Below are positions 1-14,080 of a DNA stretch of 64,000 nt, piece after piece. How positions within the stretch are numbered: the first letter of the stretch is position 1; every line of letters starts with the position of its first letter. A model generated the notes under the pieces. It did no database searches. It was not told where the DNA came from and saw only the letters and a list, made by a program, of their open reading frames with translations. Both the position numbers and the translations under genes were made by a program. Origin of the DNA: Phyllobates terribilis (Eukaryota); contig NW_027362773.1 of assembly GCF_046119375.1 (NCBI RefSeq), forward strand, positions 94,302,001 to 94,366,000, written 5' to 3'.

Positions 1-258
1 GAACGTGTTCTGGTCGTCGATGAGGAACAGCTCCTGCCTCTGCTTGCTGAACGGGGCGGTGAAGTAGTCCGGCTCCGGGTTCATGACTTCGTGCGGCAGT
101 TTGAAGAGTCGCAGGAAGCAGTTTAGAGGGTTTTCCTTCGCCTCCGTCAGATCATTAAACTTTATGGGCACCTTGATATTCAGCACCTCCGCGTAGGTGG
201 TGAGGACTTCCCAGGGAGCGTGGATCTTGACAAAGTAAATTTTTCCATTTTCAGATTC
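1..258 (-). CDS. ano5: Anoctamin-5 coding exon (equivalent to human exon 7); continues beyond window edge
   Basis: Acceptor ttctccctgcag|GAA. Translates ESENGKIYFVKIHAPWEVLTTYAEVLNIKVPIK...EPDYFTAPFSKQRQELFLIDDQNTF, matching the recalled ANO5 motifs YFVKIHAPWEVL and RQELFLIEDQATF better than ANO6. Confidence 0.95.
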
Positions 259-806
259 CTGCAGGGAGAAATATAAATAATCGACACTTAAATGATCAGA
301 TTAATTCACCGATACAGATTACTGCGAGCAGACGGGGAGCAGGATTCAGGGCTAAAGTCAACCACTAGGAATGTTCACATAGGAAAATAGGGTCATCTCT
401 AATCTAAAGCTAGTCCTTATAGGCGCAGACACAGCTCCAGGCCCTCCACAGAGAAGGCAGAGATGGTTTATTACCATCTCGGCTTTCCTGATTGCTGTAT
501 ACAGAGCTGGGAGCAGTAACCGTGCTTCCTCCTCCCTACATCGCAGCACCATAAAAGTGACCGGGGTACAGAGACTGCAACAACCAAGTCGCAAACAATT
601 CGACGCAGTTGACTTTGTCGCGGTACCCTTGGGGGTGACAATGAAACCCCATTAACTTATATGGCACTGCGATGTAGCAACGTCAGAATGCAAACTTTGG
701 TAGCCCAAGAGGTGTCACGGCCAAAATTGTGGTGTAGCCCAAGTCTAAGTCTCCCTATATGATCTTTACGAGAAGTGAGCAGGACTCCGCTGTGGCTTGC
801 GCTCAC

Positions 807-875
807 CTTCTTGTCCTCGGTTTCTAGCTCCAGACCCGCTTTCTGTAAACTCAGTTCAAATTCTCGTCTTCTGTC
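807..875 (-). CDS. ano5: Anoctamin-5 coding exon, 69 nt (human exon 6 equivalent)
   Basis: ttttatttttcccag|GAC...AAG|gtgagc, phase 0-0. DRRREFELSLQKAGLELETEDKK versus recalled human [23 protein letters not shown], same length. Confidence 0.95.
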
Positions 876-2536
876 CTGGGAAAAATAAAAAAATAAAAAT
901 CTTTAAGATTTTATCCGGTTCTATTAACGCTAAAAGATACCCCGACCTCCCCGGAGGCTCTCGATCATGTGATGGCTGCAACAAAGTAACTAATGAAAAG
1001 TTTCTCTAGAGGGAAAAAGTTGTGGACAACTTCTGACCATTGCAAGAAATTGTAATATGTGACAACTTCTTTATTCATGTGAAACATTATCCCCATTATT
1101 GCCAAGTCATAGGACTGTGATGCATTTTGGGTGGTGTTCCCTTGTTACAATGATCCCCACCAGGTGGCAGCAGAGCAGCAAAAACCAATGCCGAGCATCT
1201 CCCCCATATATTCGGCCACATTTGTCTTAGGAATATCAGACATTGGCTTTATTTGTCTGTAATATGGTTTTGGTTTATAGGGTAATCCATGACAGTGTGC
1301 GGGATCCACTATAGGATTTATAGTTGAGGGGTTGTTATTTTGATGGGATAAATAATGCTGTTTTTTTTTCCCCCCAGTAAATATGGCATCACGTTACTTA
1401 CAATTTAAGATTTGCAACATCTATGTGACAATAAATGGACAAAAATGTTACAATATGCTGGAAAAGTCACTTCCGATTTTCACTCATTACTTGCAATGCG
1501 GCCATGTGATCCTTGTGTAATCTCGGAGGTCCGTGGTCACTGGGTGCAGCCCAGCAATAAGACGCGAGAAGTCATCGGACACCACCCCAAGGACGAGGGA
1601 AAGGGACTGCCAGCGCTGGTAGATACCAAACGCCGACTCTGGTGACTCCGCACGGCAGCGAAATAAACCACAGGAAGTTCCCGACCCAGAGACAAAACAT
1701 AATACACAGATATCGCAGGGTCGGGAACTTCCTGTGGTTTATGTCACCGGTGTGCGGGGTGTATAGAGATCTCTGCTGCAGGAAACAGACACCAGTCACA
1801 TAAAACCTGATGGGTGACGGCACAGTTGGGTTATGTGCACAAGGAGGGATTTGCTTTTTTTATTTTAAAGTAGATTTGCATTACAGAAAATTCCTGGTGG
1901 AATCCGCTCTAAACTAGGCAAAGTCCAATCAGAAAGAAAGAAAAAAAACAACACACATTTCTACTAGACAACTTATCGCTTTTGAATGTCGACTTTAAAA
2001 GTCTGCCTTATATGTAGTAATTAATGGTGACCGAAGGTTTATACACTTTGGCAACCAACTTTGTTTTTATTGTCCCATAGCATCTAACACATCAATTGAA
2101 GCAGCTTATCAAACAGCGATTACAAATCACTACCCGTTTTGTGTATACAGCTCCTATGCAGATCTAGGTGTCTCCTTATAAACACTGAGATTAGTTGGAT
2201 GCTACTGTTAAGGATAAGGCTGGGACAACATGGTGACTGTGGCTACACCAAAGATCGCGGTATACCGCTGCTACAGCTCAGCATAATACAGGTGAATAGG
2301 GTCACATAAAAGTCCTTCGGGACAAGAAAGTCACTAAAATCAGAATGGGTCCGACTTGCATTTTGCAGATGGGGTACTCTAGGGGGAGCAATGTGACCCC
2401 ATTCATCAGTATTAGAATTGGCACATGATAATCTTTATCAGAGTGACCTGTGTCACGGTCAAGGTTCACATGTAGCCCCAGCCTAAGGCTGCCATACACC
2501 TTCAGTAGCGCCAGATATCCATTCAACCCCCATATA

Positions 2537-4097
<1,561 letters not shown>

Positions 4098-4748
4098 TAC
4101 ATGGATGCTCGAGTGTGCACGGACTGGAGAATTGGACTGTCAGATACTTCTGATGGTGGTAGCTTATCTCCCATAGAACAAACAATCAGACATGTTGAAT
4201 CCCAATATGTCCAATCCTTCAGAAAAGGACATAAGATACATTATTAGTTGTCCAGAAGTTAAAGGGATCAGCCAATATTCCACCAATGTGTATGGCCGCC
4301 TTCACACCACTCGCTCTGCCTCGCCTTGATAACCTACAGCAGCAATCATGGAATGCTGAGGATTGTAGTTTCACGAGAAAGTGAGCGCAATATTGGGAGC
4401 TAAAATCTGAACCAAAATCTGGGAGAATAAGAGTGATGATGTAAGTCACATAGAAGTGAACAGACCGCGAACCTCCTTTAGGGTCATCTGTTGCTACAAT
4501 CAGCCGGGAGCCGCCCATCTCTGCCGTTATGCAGCGTGGCAGCCAGCCAAGAGCCAGCGACAAGGAACTGAGGACGATGGGAGGAAGGACTGAGATCAGA
4601 GACTATTACAGGTCAGTAATAACGGAGATTATAAGGCACGGTGTATAATAAGGCAATATTCCTTTAACCCGGCATCCAATAATCCTGAATTCTAATCCAT
4701 AGTATCAGAGGTCACTTGGTATTATTCGACTGTCCTGGCTTCTAGATA

Positions 4749-5747
4749 CAGTACTGACCAAAAGTTTGGACACACCTTCTCATTTAAAGATTTTTCTGTA
4801 TTTTCATGACTATGAAAAATATACATTCACACTGAAGGCATCAAAACTATGAATTCACACATGTGGAATTATATACTTAACAAAAAAGTGTGAAACAACT
4901 GAAAATATGTCTTATATTCTAGGTTCTTCAAAGTAGCCACCTTTTGCTTTGATGACTGCTTTGCACACTCTTGGCATTCTCTTGTTGAGCTTCAAGAGGT
5001 AGTCACCGGAAATGGTCTTCCAACAATCTTGAAGGAGTTCCCAGAGATGCTTAGCACTTGTTGGCCCTTTTGCCTTCACTCTGCGGTCCAGCTCACCCCA
5101 AACCATCTCGATTGGGTTCAGGTCTGGTGACTGTGGAGGTCAGGTCATCTGGGGCAGCCCCCCATCACTCTCCTTCTTGGTCAGAAAGCCCTTACACAGC
5201 CTGGAGGTGTGTTTGGGGTCATTGTCACGCGGTTTGCGTTTAGTTGGACCATCATTTATTTTTCAACAGGACAATGACCCCAAACACACCTCCAGGCTGT
5301 GTAAGGGCTTTCTGACCAAGAAGGAGAGTGATGGGGTGCTACGCCAGATGACCTGACCTCCACAGTCACCAGACCTGAACCCAATGGAGATGGTTTGGGG
5401 TGAGCTGGACCGCAGAGTGAAGGCAAAAGGGCCAACAAGTGCTAAGCATCTCTGGGAACTCCTTCAAGATTGTTGGAAGACCATTTCCGGTGACTACCTC
5501 TTGAAGCTCAACAAGAGAATGCCAAGAGTGTGCAAAGCAGTCATCAAAGCAAAAGGTGGCTACTTTGAAGAACCTAGAATATAAGACATATTTTCAGTTG
5601 TTTCACACTTTTTTGTTGAGTATATAATTCCACATGTGTGAATTCATAGTTTTGATGCCTTCAGTGTGAATGTATATTTTTCATAGTCATGAAAATACAG
5701 AAAAATCTTTAAATGAGAAGGTGTGTCCAAAATTTTGGTCTGTACTG
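4749..5747. mobile_element. Fold-back non-autonomous Tc1 derivative (999 bp) with about 480-bp inverted arms
   Basis: TA-flanked CAGTAC(T/A)GACCAAAA ends. The same transposase C-terminus (MVWGELDRRVKAKGPTSAKHLWE...) appears as ORFs on both strands (4912-5106 minus, 5384-5584 plus). Confidence 0.95.
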
Positions 5748-5876
5748 TATACCGGAAGCAGAGATCATATGCACGACAGACAGAGAAGTAGACAACAACT
5801 TAAATTGGTGAGATAGGTCACCAGTATCAGATTTGTGGGGTCCAACATTGGCTTTTTTTTTTTTTTTTTTACTTAC

Positions 5877-5993
5877 AGCTTTCCGCCGGTCCAGATCTTT
5901 GGTTGTTTCATCAACATAAGAAAGAACAAAATCGATTCTCCGGACGCCATCGCGGAAGAAGACGGAATCTTTACTGTGGAGATGCTTATCTAT
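5877..5993 (-). CDS. ano5: Anoctamin-5 coding exon, 117 nt (human exon 5 equivalent)
   Basis: atccccacag|ATA...GCT|gtaagt, phase 0-0. [39 protein letters not shown] contains the anoctamin FRDGxRxIDFVL motif. Confidence 0.95.
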
Positions 5994-6549
5994 CTGTGGG
6001 GATAAAAGGCAAAGTCACAAACTGGACGAAGCGAGCGGGGTGGGCGACGAGACCCCTGGACGCACAGCAAAGTGAAACCGCACTGCAAGGAAACCAGAGG
6101 TTATACTGTCCTATGGAGGAGCATGCAGCGATCCTGCACAAAACACACAGGCAATAAGTACAGATGGCGGAAAGGAAGATGGCGTGACTTGGCTTACAGC
6201 AGTCCTCTTCATACGGGTGACCAATGCCCCCGCCGCCGATGGGCAAGCGATGAGGTGTAGGGTGACTGGGAACCTACTGAGTGGATTCATTGGAGTTCAT
6301 GGGAGCTTTAGAAATCCACTGGCAAGGAGCGCCCCCTAGTGGTGACAGCAGACATCCAGAATTTTGTAATTTTACAGCTGTACCATTCAATGGATTTGCC
6401 AAACTAGACTCTACAGCAGTGGCTAATGTGCTAAATACATCTACAGTAAAACAGGCCTACTTGCTGACTGTTTCCTGGCAGGAAAAATAAAATATATACA
6501 TCTTTTACACTGTCAAATCGTACAGCCAAAAAAGGTGGAGTTTTCCTTT

Positions 6550-6938
6550 AGCGAGAATCTGTCACTTACCATAAATATGGATTTTTTTTCTCACTAGTGT
6601 AAATGTCGCCTTTCTCCTGAATCCGGTGCTATTTTTCTTTTGTTCCTGAGCCTCTCTGTTCCTGAGATATGGCCTCCTATTCCCTGTATATAATGCTAGT
6701 CTACATAGCCACATGGGCGTGGTCATCAAACCTTCGATGTGGGTGCCTCCTTGAGCCCACGCCCACTTGTCTAACAAGTCTAGATTTATATGCAGGGAAG
6801 AAGCGGCCATATCTCAGGGATGGAGAGATGCAGGAACAGAAGAAAAACAAAGCCGGATTCAGGAGAACAGCGGCATTTACAGCAGAATAAGAAAAAAATA
6901 TATATTACATATTATTGGGAAGTGACAAATTCCCTTTA
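6550..6938. mobile_element. T2/Kolobok-like MITE
   Basis: Ends gagaatctgtcac ... gtgacaaattccctttaa with internal inverted repeats. Confidence 0.6.
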
Positions 6939-7600
6939 AGGATGATCTATTGCTCTTTTGATCTGCAGACTGCTATACAGGCATCACTACCAACACCCGA
7001 TCCTCAGATATCGCAGAGCCGGGCAGAGCTCCAGCCACTACCTGTAAGGTAACACCTTGGACCTGCCAGCGACACCGGTAAATAATGAGCTGCCTGATAA
7101 CTGCTGGGGCGCCGCGCCAGAGGATCGGGCCGTTACGTTACGTAAAGAGCAATAGGAGAAAAAAAAAAAGAACACTTAATATATAAGTCAACATATCCGC
7201 ACACCCAACCCCAAAAAATGAAAGAGTTATCCTGCTAAGACCAGACTACCAGACTAAAGTTTCCAAGCACAGTAGCCAAAAGAAATGCAAAGTAAGTGTA
7301 AAAAGAAAAGCCGCTTGTTGGAAACTGTTCACCGAGGCTGAGACTAAATAGAAATTACAGCAACAAGTCAGACGTTCGGGGAAGCTCACAATGTAACTTC
7401 TGTGCAGATTTACTTGGGACTCCAATAGAACCTAAACTTTCTCCATTCGCTTTTACTGGACTGTTCCATGATGGAGTTAACCGAGTCACGTCCCGTGATG
7501 TAAGGAGTCACTGCACTTTTAGAAAACATGTCAGATGGCTTTTTGGTGGGTGTCAGGATGCAGAGACCCCCACCGATGGCTAAAAACAAAAGGTGCATAT

Positions 7601-7968
7601 TAGTAATGAGCGAGCATGCTTGGCNNNNNNNNNNNNNNNNNNNNNNNNNNNNNNNNNNNNNNNNNNNNNNNNNNNNNNNNNNNNNNNNNNNNNNNNNNNN
7701 NNNNNNNNNNNNNNNNNNNNNNNNNNNNNNNNNNNNNNNNNNNNNNNNNNNNNNNNNNNNNNNNNNNNNNNNNNNNNNNNNNNNNNNNNNNNNNNNNNNN
7801 NNNNNNNNTTTTCCCTTCTGCCTCCCCAGCCCTCCTGTTAGAGTTTTCCGGAAAGATGCTCGCGTTTCCCATTGACTTTCATTACATTCGGTACTTGAGT
7901 CGAGCCTGTCTGAGCATACAACCTGCTGAATTCGAGTACTTGAGCACGTTAGTGTTCGATCATCACTA
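7601..7968. mobile_element. hAT-like MITE containing the assembly gap
   Basis: Ends TAGTAATGAGCG ... CGATCATCACTA with a perfect 8-bp TSD GTGCATAT. Confidence 0.85.
7625..7808. other. Assembly gap (184 N)
   Basis: Run of N. Confidence 1.
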
Positions 7969-9508
7969 GTGCATATGCAAATCAATCACATCACTTGAGC
8001 GCTGCTCTTACGAGACTGAAGACAATGTCAGGCCTTCTAGTGAGCCGGTCTTCAGGACAGTAGTGCTCTGTGCTTAAAGAAGTTTTCCATTCCGAAGAAA
8101 CTCTCTGTATACAGTACAGATGAACGGGCCATAGTGCAGGGAACAAGCACTTCATTTTCAGCTTTGATAGAGGTCAGACCCAGGGGTGAACATATCATTG
8201 GTGCAACCTGCGGCTGCTAAGAGGGCCACATCAAGCGCCAAATCTGGTGGCATTGTGCACTATGATGAGATATTGGTATATAAAGGGTCCATGTACTGTT
8301 CTTGCACAGGGGTCCCCTTCTGTCTGTGACCGCCAGGGGTCAGACCCACACCAGTGACTACCTATCCAAATCCCTTTAAGCACACTATTAGTACAGATAA
8401 ATACAGCAGAAATTATGGATCAAACAACCAAGAAAAATGCACTGGGTAAAAGCAGAGAGGACTCTGGTTGTATTTTGGACTCCTCGGTTTACATGCATTT
8501 TTACACAGGAGCTGACAATCAAAATGCCGAGCATGTGCACCACTGCTCCATTCATTCTTAAAGGGACAGCTGGAAAGAGTCAGGTCCAGTGCACAACCTT
8601 CCCAAATGAAAGGAGCGGAGGGTCACGGCCACCACTCCAAGCAAACAGGCATCTCAGTAACGTTCTGGGAATTGGAGAGTTCCCAGAGGATGAATCTTCC
8701 CTACAAGCTGTTCACACCACACATTTTAGGTTTCATTTCACACCTCACCAAATAAAACCAATTTTTATATTTTTTACCCGAAGTCGACTCTTCAGGAATA
8801 GACCCTGCTTGTGCCATTTCTGTGGAGCAATTAGAAATATCAGAATTTCGACCTATGAGATACAATATCTTCCAATGCTTACCTCTCTCATTCTGGGGCG
8901 AAAGAAAGGAGCTGATGGGTAACATTACACATGGTGACGAGTGATGGAGGACTCTGTGCCCAGCCCCCCCATGGACAAAAAACCCTTTTCCTCAAATTCT
9001 ATTGAAAATCAAAAGGATTTGGAAACCGGTATATAATAAAATGGGCGAAAAAAATGGAAGAGAAATCTTATTATTGATAAAGTCATGCACTGAGGCTTCC
9101 ATAACCGCATCAATATCATAAATAATGGAATAAATCTCCGGACAGAAGGATTCAGGATTACTGGTTACTAATGAGCTGAGCAGGCTCAATGTCAGGCAGC
9201 AGCAGCGAAAGCAAATAAGATTTCGAGGTGTATAAAAAAAAAAGTGCAAAATGTGATAGCAATGTATTATTACCCTTCTATAAATCCCTTGTAAGGGCAC
9301 ATCTAGAATATGGGATTCAGCTTTGGACTCCGAGGATATAGAGGAGCTGGAGCGGTTTTAAGGGTCAGCAACTATTATTAAATAGTAATGGCTGAGACAA
9401 CTTCAGCAAGAAAAAAAATGGCGTAGTGGCTCATACAAAAACGTAGCACTGAAGGCCAACGACCACTGCCTAAAACTTATATGAAGAAGACTCAGGGACT
9501 GATATTGA

Positions 9509-9712
9509 GGCCATGGACCCACTATCAGTGTTCGATCAGTATTTTTTCCTCAGGTGTAGGACACAAAACCAGGAGTGGGTGATAAATGCAGAATTGGTGA
9601 CTTGTTTCTTTTATACCTTTTCTCTGATTGATCCTCACCTGGTTTTATCTCCCACTCCTGAGAAAAAATACTGACCGAATACTGATCAAATACTGATAGT
9701 GGGGCTGTGGCC
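9509..9712. mobile_element. PIF/Harbinger-like MITE, about 200-bp family, copy 1
   Basis: TIR GGCCA(C/T)GG(C/A)CCCACTATCAG; homologous to 34733-34924 and 52045-52247. Confidence 0.8.
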
Positions 9713-10103
9713 TTAAAGGGTTAATCCAAGACAGACTGAAACAAAGCAATATACCTAGTGGGGGCGAGGGCAGACTAAAATAAAAGTGACTCCAGTTCTT
9801 GGAATCCCTGGGTCATGCTCGGTCGCCCCCAGCCCAACACTGGGTTTAGCATGTAAAAACTAATTTCCACAGGGTTTCTTTAATTTTTTTGGGAGGAAAT
9901 GTTCTTTTAAAAGGTTCACTCTAGGGCCAGGTACACAAGGGCACGTATCACAGTTCTGTATACAGACTGCAATGTACAGACTGACCCCAAGTCTCCAGAC
10001 AAACTTACAGCCTCATATGTGTCCAGCAGTCAGTCCTGTATAAAGCTTTGTGAAATACACTTGTGCGTGTACCTGGCCTAAAAAGGTCCACCATAAACAT
10101 TAA

Positions 10104-10439
10104 ACGGGGTATTCCCATCTCCAGGATCCTATCCCAAAATGTACTAGGTGTAATAATAATATTAGAAATGTAGTATAGTTCTTCTGATTCGCCATGTCGC
10201 TTACCCCATGTGCAGGGCATTGCAGTAGCTTAGGTATCCATGGTTCCAACCACTAACAACTGTCACTATAGCAGTGGTCGTATCCAGGGATACCCAAGCT
10301 ACTGCAATGCCCAGCACATGGGGTAAGTGACATAGCTAATCAGAAGGACTATACTACAGTTTTAATTAGAGGCATTTGCTAATATTATCATTACACTTAC
10401 TACATATTGGGATAGGATCTTGGAGATCGAAATACCCCT
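10104..10439. mobile_element. T2/Kolobok-like MITE (GGGGTATTCCCATCT family), copy 1
   Basis: TTAA-flanked, palindromic; homologous to 12683-13022 and to a partial copy near 47820-48000. Confidence 0.8.
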
Positions 10440-11165
10440 TTAACTTAAAAATTGGCCAAACCTGCATATTTAGTCAGGATTAGCTGATCGTCTGATGTGT
10501 ATGGGGGCCGCCTGATTATTTCCCCACAGATGATGTCTGGAGAGTAAGGATCAGGCAGTTCAATCCTTCAGCTCTCCAGGCAGATTGATGGGTGGAGGAA
10601 TCTTACTCTGCTTTCTCCATATACACGGGAGCTCATCAGAGCCAAGCCGTCCTGTGTATGGGGGGAAATATAGTCACCAGAGCACCTTAAATCTGGGAGA
10701 ACATCTAAACCTGAACATAAATGGGACAGAAAAAGATAAAGATGGCATAAAAGATATCCTCCAAACCTTTGAGCCACTAGTGTCCAAAGCGGCATCAAGA
10801 AGTGACCGAAGATTGTGCCAATTATGGATGCGGCTGAGCCATGAAAATTATATGCAATAATCTTGTCTTCTTCATTACTAGAGAGTAACAACTATACGTT
10901 CGCTGTGTACGAGGCGGCATATAGAGCAGTCTGCCTAGTAGTGATCATTTTAGATCCAATTTAGATCTTCAGCCTAAAGGATTTAGGATAAGAAATTAAG
11001 ACTCAACGTTAAGTCAGATCCTTCCTGTTAATCAGTGACATATCCACCACGTGTCTGCGAGTAGCAACAAGAAATGGTATCACCAAGAGCAGCGGAGGCC
11101 TGAGCGAGGATCTCAGCATTCCTAGAATATTTGTTCTCGAGGTAAAGAAGCTGCATGCACGTAAT

Positions 11166-11352
11166 GGGCGTGCAAGAGTGCGCAATGCGGCGGAGGGCGT
11201 GCCAGAGTGCGCGGGCGCGCAGTGCGGCGGAGGGCGTGCCAGAGTGCGCGGGCGCGCAATGCGGCAGAGGGCGTGCCAGAGTGCGCGGGCGCGCAATGCG
11301 GCGGAGGGCGTGCCAGAGTGTGCGGGCGCGCAATGCGGCGGAGGGCGTGCGA
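11166..11352. repeat. 37-bp GC/CpG-rich minisatellite, about 4.6 copies
   Basis: Unit gcgcaatgcggcggagggcgtgccagagtgcgcgggc. Confidence 0.95.
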
Positions 11353-12682
11353 GAAAAATAGGCAATAACACAACTCAAGTTTCAGAGAACCCCTGGGAAG
11401 TCCAAAAATTGAAAAGACGACAAAGTAACATTTTCTTCTCTGAGCCCATACAATAAAACTTCAGATCCCGAAAACAGTGGTTTTAGCTTTGTTAGTCTTT
11501 CCCTGTTGTGTGCCATAATTTGCTCGATAAGTTAGGCCACTATCTAGCATAAAGTATAGTAGATAGATCAAATTGTGCCCACCCCTTTCTGAAATCTTTT
11601 TGGAAGTGAAAAAAAAAAAAGTGTCGATCTTTTGTTCAAAAACATTGCACACCAGAATATGTAACTATTTTAAGCCATACTCCCATGACAAAGCGTTTAG
11701 CGAAACGGGCATTGGGTGCAGCTTGCATGCTGGTACATATACTGTATGTGCTTTGCCGTGTCATTTTATTACTTCACTCTCTTTACTTGATGCTAAAATG
11801 TCTGAGGCTTGCTAATATAAAAGGTAGAGAAAATAAACTCTTATTTACAGCACCCAGCAATTTATTGCAATTAAAGGGAATCTGTCAGCAGGATTCCCTC
11901 CCCTGGACTAATCATATGCACATGCAGCTCTTCCAAGGACAAATACAGCAATACCTGTACATGACCAGTCTATTCCTCCATAACAGAGAAATCAGTGTTT
12001 GTATTGATATGCAGATGTGGCTGAAGGACTGTGGTAGATCTGAAGCCTCTGCCACTCCGGCTCCTTTACCAGCCCACCGCCACCTCCTCGCCTCCTGCCT
12101 GACGTTGGCCTCTCTGCTGTGCGATTTCAGGCAAAGGCGCCGACAGTCAAGCAGTAGGTGGTGGGGAATAGAGCCGGAGTGGCAGAGGCTTCAGATCTAC
12201 CATAGCTCTTCAGTCTCATTTCTTTATCAATTCAAACACTGATTATTAACGGAGGGATGGACTGGTCATGCAAAAGGTATCACCAGACTTTTCTTTGAAT
12301 CCATAGAATTTTTTTTTAATCTCATCTTCCTGTGTGGGGCGCATCAGTTTATGATTAGGGATTTATTTTAAGCCACTGTAGAGGCGTAGCGAGCCCTGGA
12401 TTAATTCCCCAATGAATAGAATTGATTATTTGTGAAATGTGTTTGCCGTCAGTGAATGGAAACCTTCTCGTTTACATACAGAGAGTAAAAATCGAGCTGC
12501 ATTCATCTCGGAGCTAAAATACATCGCACAAATCTCTCCCCCATTCTGGATTGTTGGATACATTGTAACAAACCTTCAGCTTTACGTGTACACTGTGCAG
12601 ATTCTGGGTGTTTATGAGAATTTTTCCATCTACTAACTACAAGCGGACATTAGAGAGAAGCGAAAAAAAAAAAAAAGCTTAA

Positions 12683-13022
12683 AAAGCGGTATTCCCATCT
12701 CCAAGATGATATTTTAATATCTAATAGGTGTATCTAATGTAGTATAGTTCTTCAGATTCACTATGTCTCTTGCCTCATATGTAGGACACTGTAGGAGATT
12801 ATGTATCCATGGATACAAACACTAACAACTAGCTAACTGTCACTATAGGAGTGGTCATAACCATGGATACCCAAGCTATTGCAATGCCCTGCACATGGGG
12901 TAAGAGACATAGCGAATCAGTAGAACTATACTACATTTTTAATTGGAGTTATTTGCTAATATTACTACTGATATTACACCTACTACATATTGGGATAGGA
13001 TCTTGGAGATGGGAATGCCCCT
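12683..13022. mobile_element. T2/Kolobok-like MITE, copy 2
   Basis: TTAA-flanked; same family as 10104-10439. Confidence 0.8.
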
Positions 13023-13379
13023 TTAAAGTTCTTTCAGGATTCTACCCCACGAATGTGCTCGTGGCTGTAGCTAAACATTTATCTTCCATCTCTGGAAATA
13101 TCATTACAAAACATCCAGTGTCCGAATCCTAGAAAATATCGAGCGCCGAGCCAACCACAAGCCCTCCGGCCTCGGACTCCATGTACTTGAGCCTTACAGA
13201 TTGCTAAGAAAAATTGCAGCTTTGGTGCTTCCCCCTCGTCAGCACAATTCAGCCTCGTCTGATAGAAAGGATCCAATGCAGACGCTGAATACAAAACTCC
13301 AGGATGCAGATAATGCTAAGCCACAATGAGAAGAGGGAGCGATCGAGGAGGATTGGGAGTAAAACCAGGACAAATCGGA

Positions 13380-13810
13380 TGTAATTAGCGGTTACAATGT
13401 TACCACATAGCAAGTGCTATGATAAAATATACTTTGGGGCTCCTGGAAAAGCTGTCTGGGGGCTTTTCCTCCATAGAGGGGGCTCACTCATAATTTTGCC
13501 TAACACCACCGCCCTGAATAAAGAATGGGATCTAAGCATCCTCCAAGAGCAACTTCTCCCAGGAGCAATTTGGAATGAACAATCCTTTTTTCCAGCATGA
13601 TGGAGACAATGCCACAAGGCAAAAGCGAGAACTAAGTGGCTCAACAAACAAAACAGTGAAATTTTGGGTCCATGACCAGGAAACTCCCCAGATCTCAATC
13701 CCATTAAGAACCTGTCGTCAATCCTCAAAAAGCAGGAGGACAAACGAAAAAAAACACAGAAATTGTGATAAACTCAAACGCTGATTGGAGAAGAAAGCTG
13801 CCAGTTACTT
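13380..13810 (+). mobile_element. Degenerate Tc1 transposase fragment
   Basis: Frameshifted remnants of FQHDG... and PGNSPDLNPI (ccaggaaactccccagatctcaatcccatt). Confidence 0.7.
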
Positions 13811-14037
13811 AAAGAAGAGCATTATCGGCAGGTACTGTTCTTTATCGCTGTGCGGTGTACCGGGGTTGCATCCTAAATACTGAAACCGTGAATTAGATGA
13901 ACCATACCTCCAGTGTTGAAAACAAGAGAGACTACTGTCAAATCCCATCAGGGTCTCACATGTTGCCATAAGTTGGACTATATGTAATATATGAGCCAAA
14001 ATTGTAACCGCCAAGAACCACGACTTTAAGTGCAAAC

Positions 14038-14080
14038 ATTAAGCCTTTTGCCTCCGAGTAAAGTTCTTGTACTTCGCCAG
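14038..14080 (-). other. ano5: Candidate ano5 exon-4 orthologue, 43 nt (frameshifted by +1)
   Basis: Strong acceptor ttttttttttctcaccag|CTG, weak donor AAT|gtttgc. Removing one A from CAAAAGG gives a 42-nt exon LAKYKNFTRRQRLN, similar to recalled human PAKRFNLFLRRRLM. Confidence 0.5.

Noticed and set aside
1660-1745. 25-bp perfect inverted repeat (possible pre-miRNA)
   Set aside because: More simply the centre of a palindromic MITE; no small-RNA evidence available.
7410-7985. ORFs containing X runs
   Set aside because: Open only because of the N gap.
11036-11141. Plus-strand exon-like segment with an open frame (DISTTCLRVATRNG...)
   Set aside because: No partner exons or recognisable homology.
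11009-11456. Several overlapping Ala/Arg/Pro-rich ORFs
   Set aside because: Artefacts of the 37-bp GC-rich repeat.
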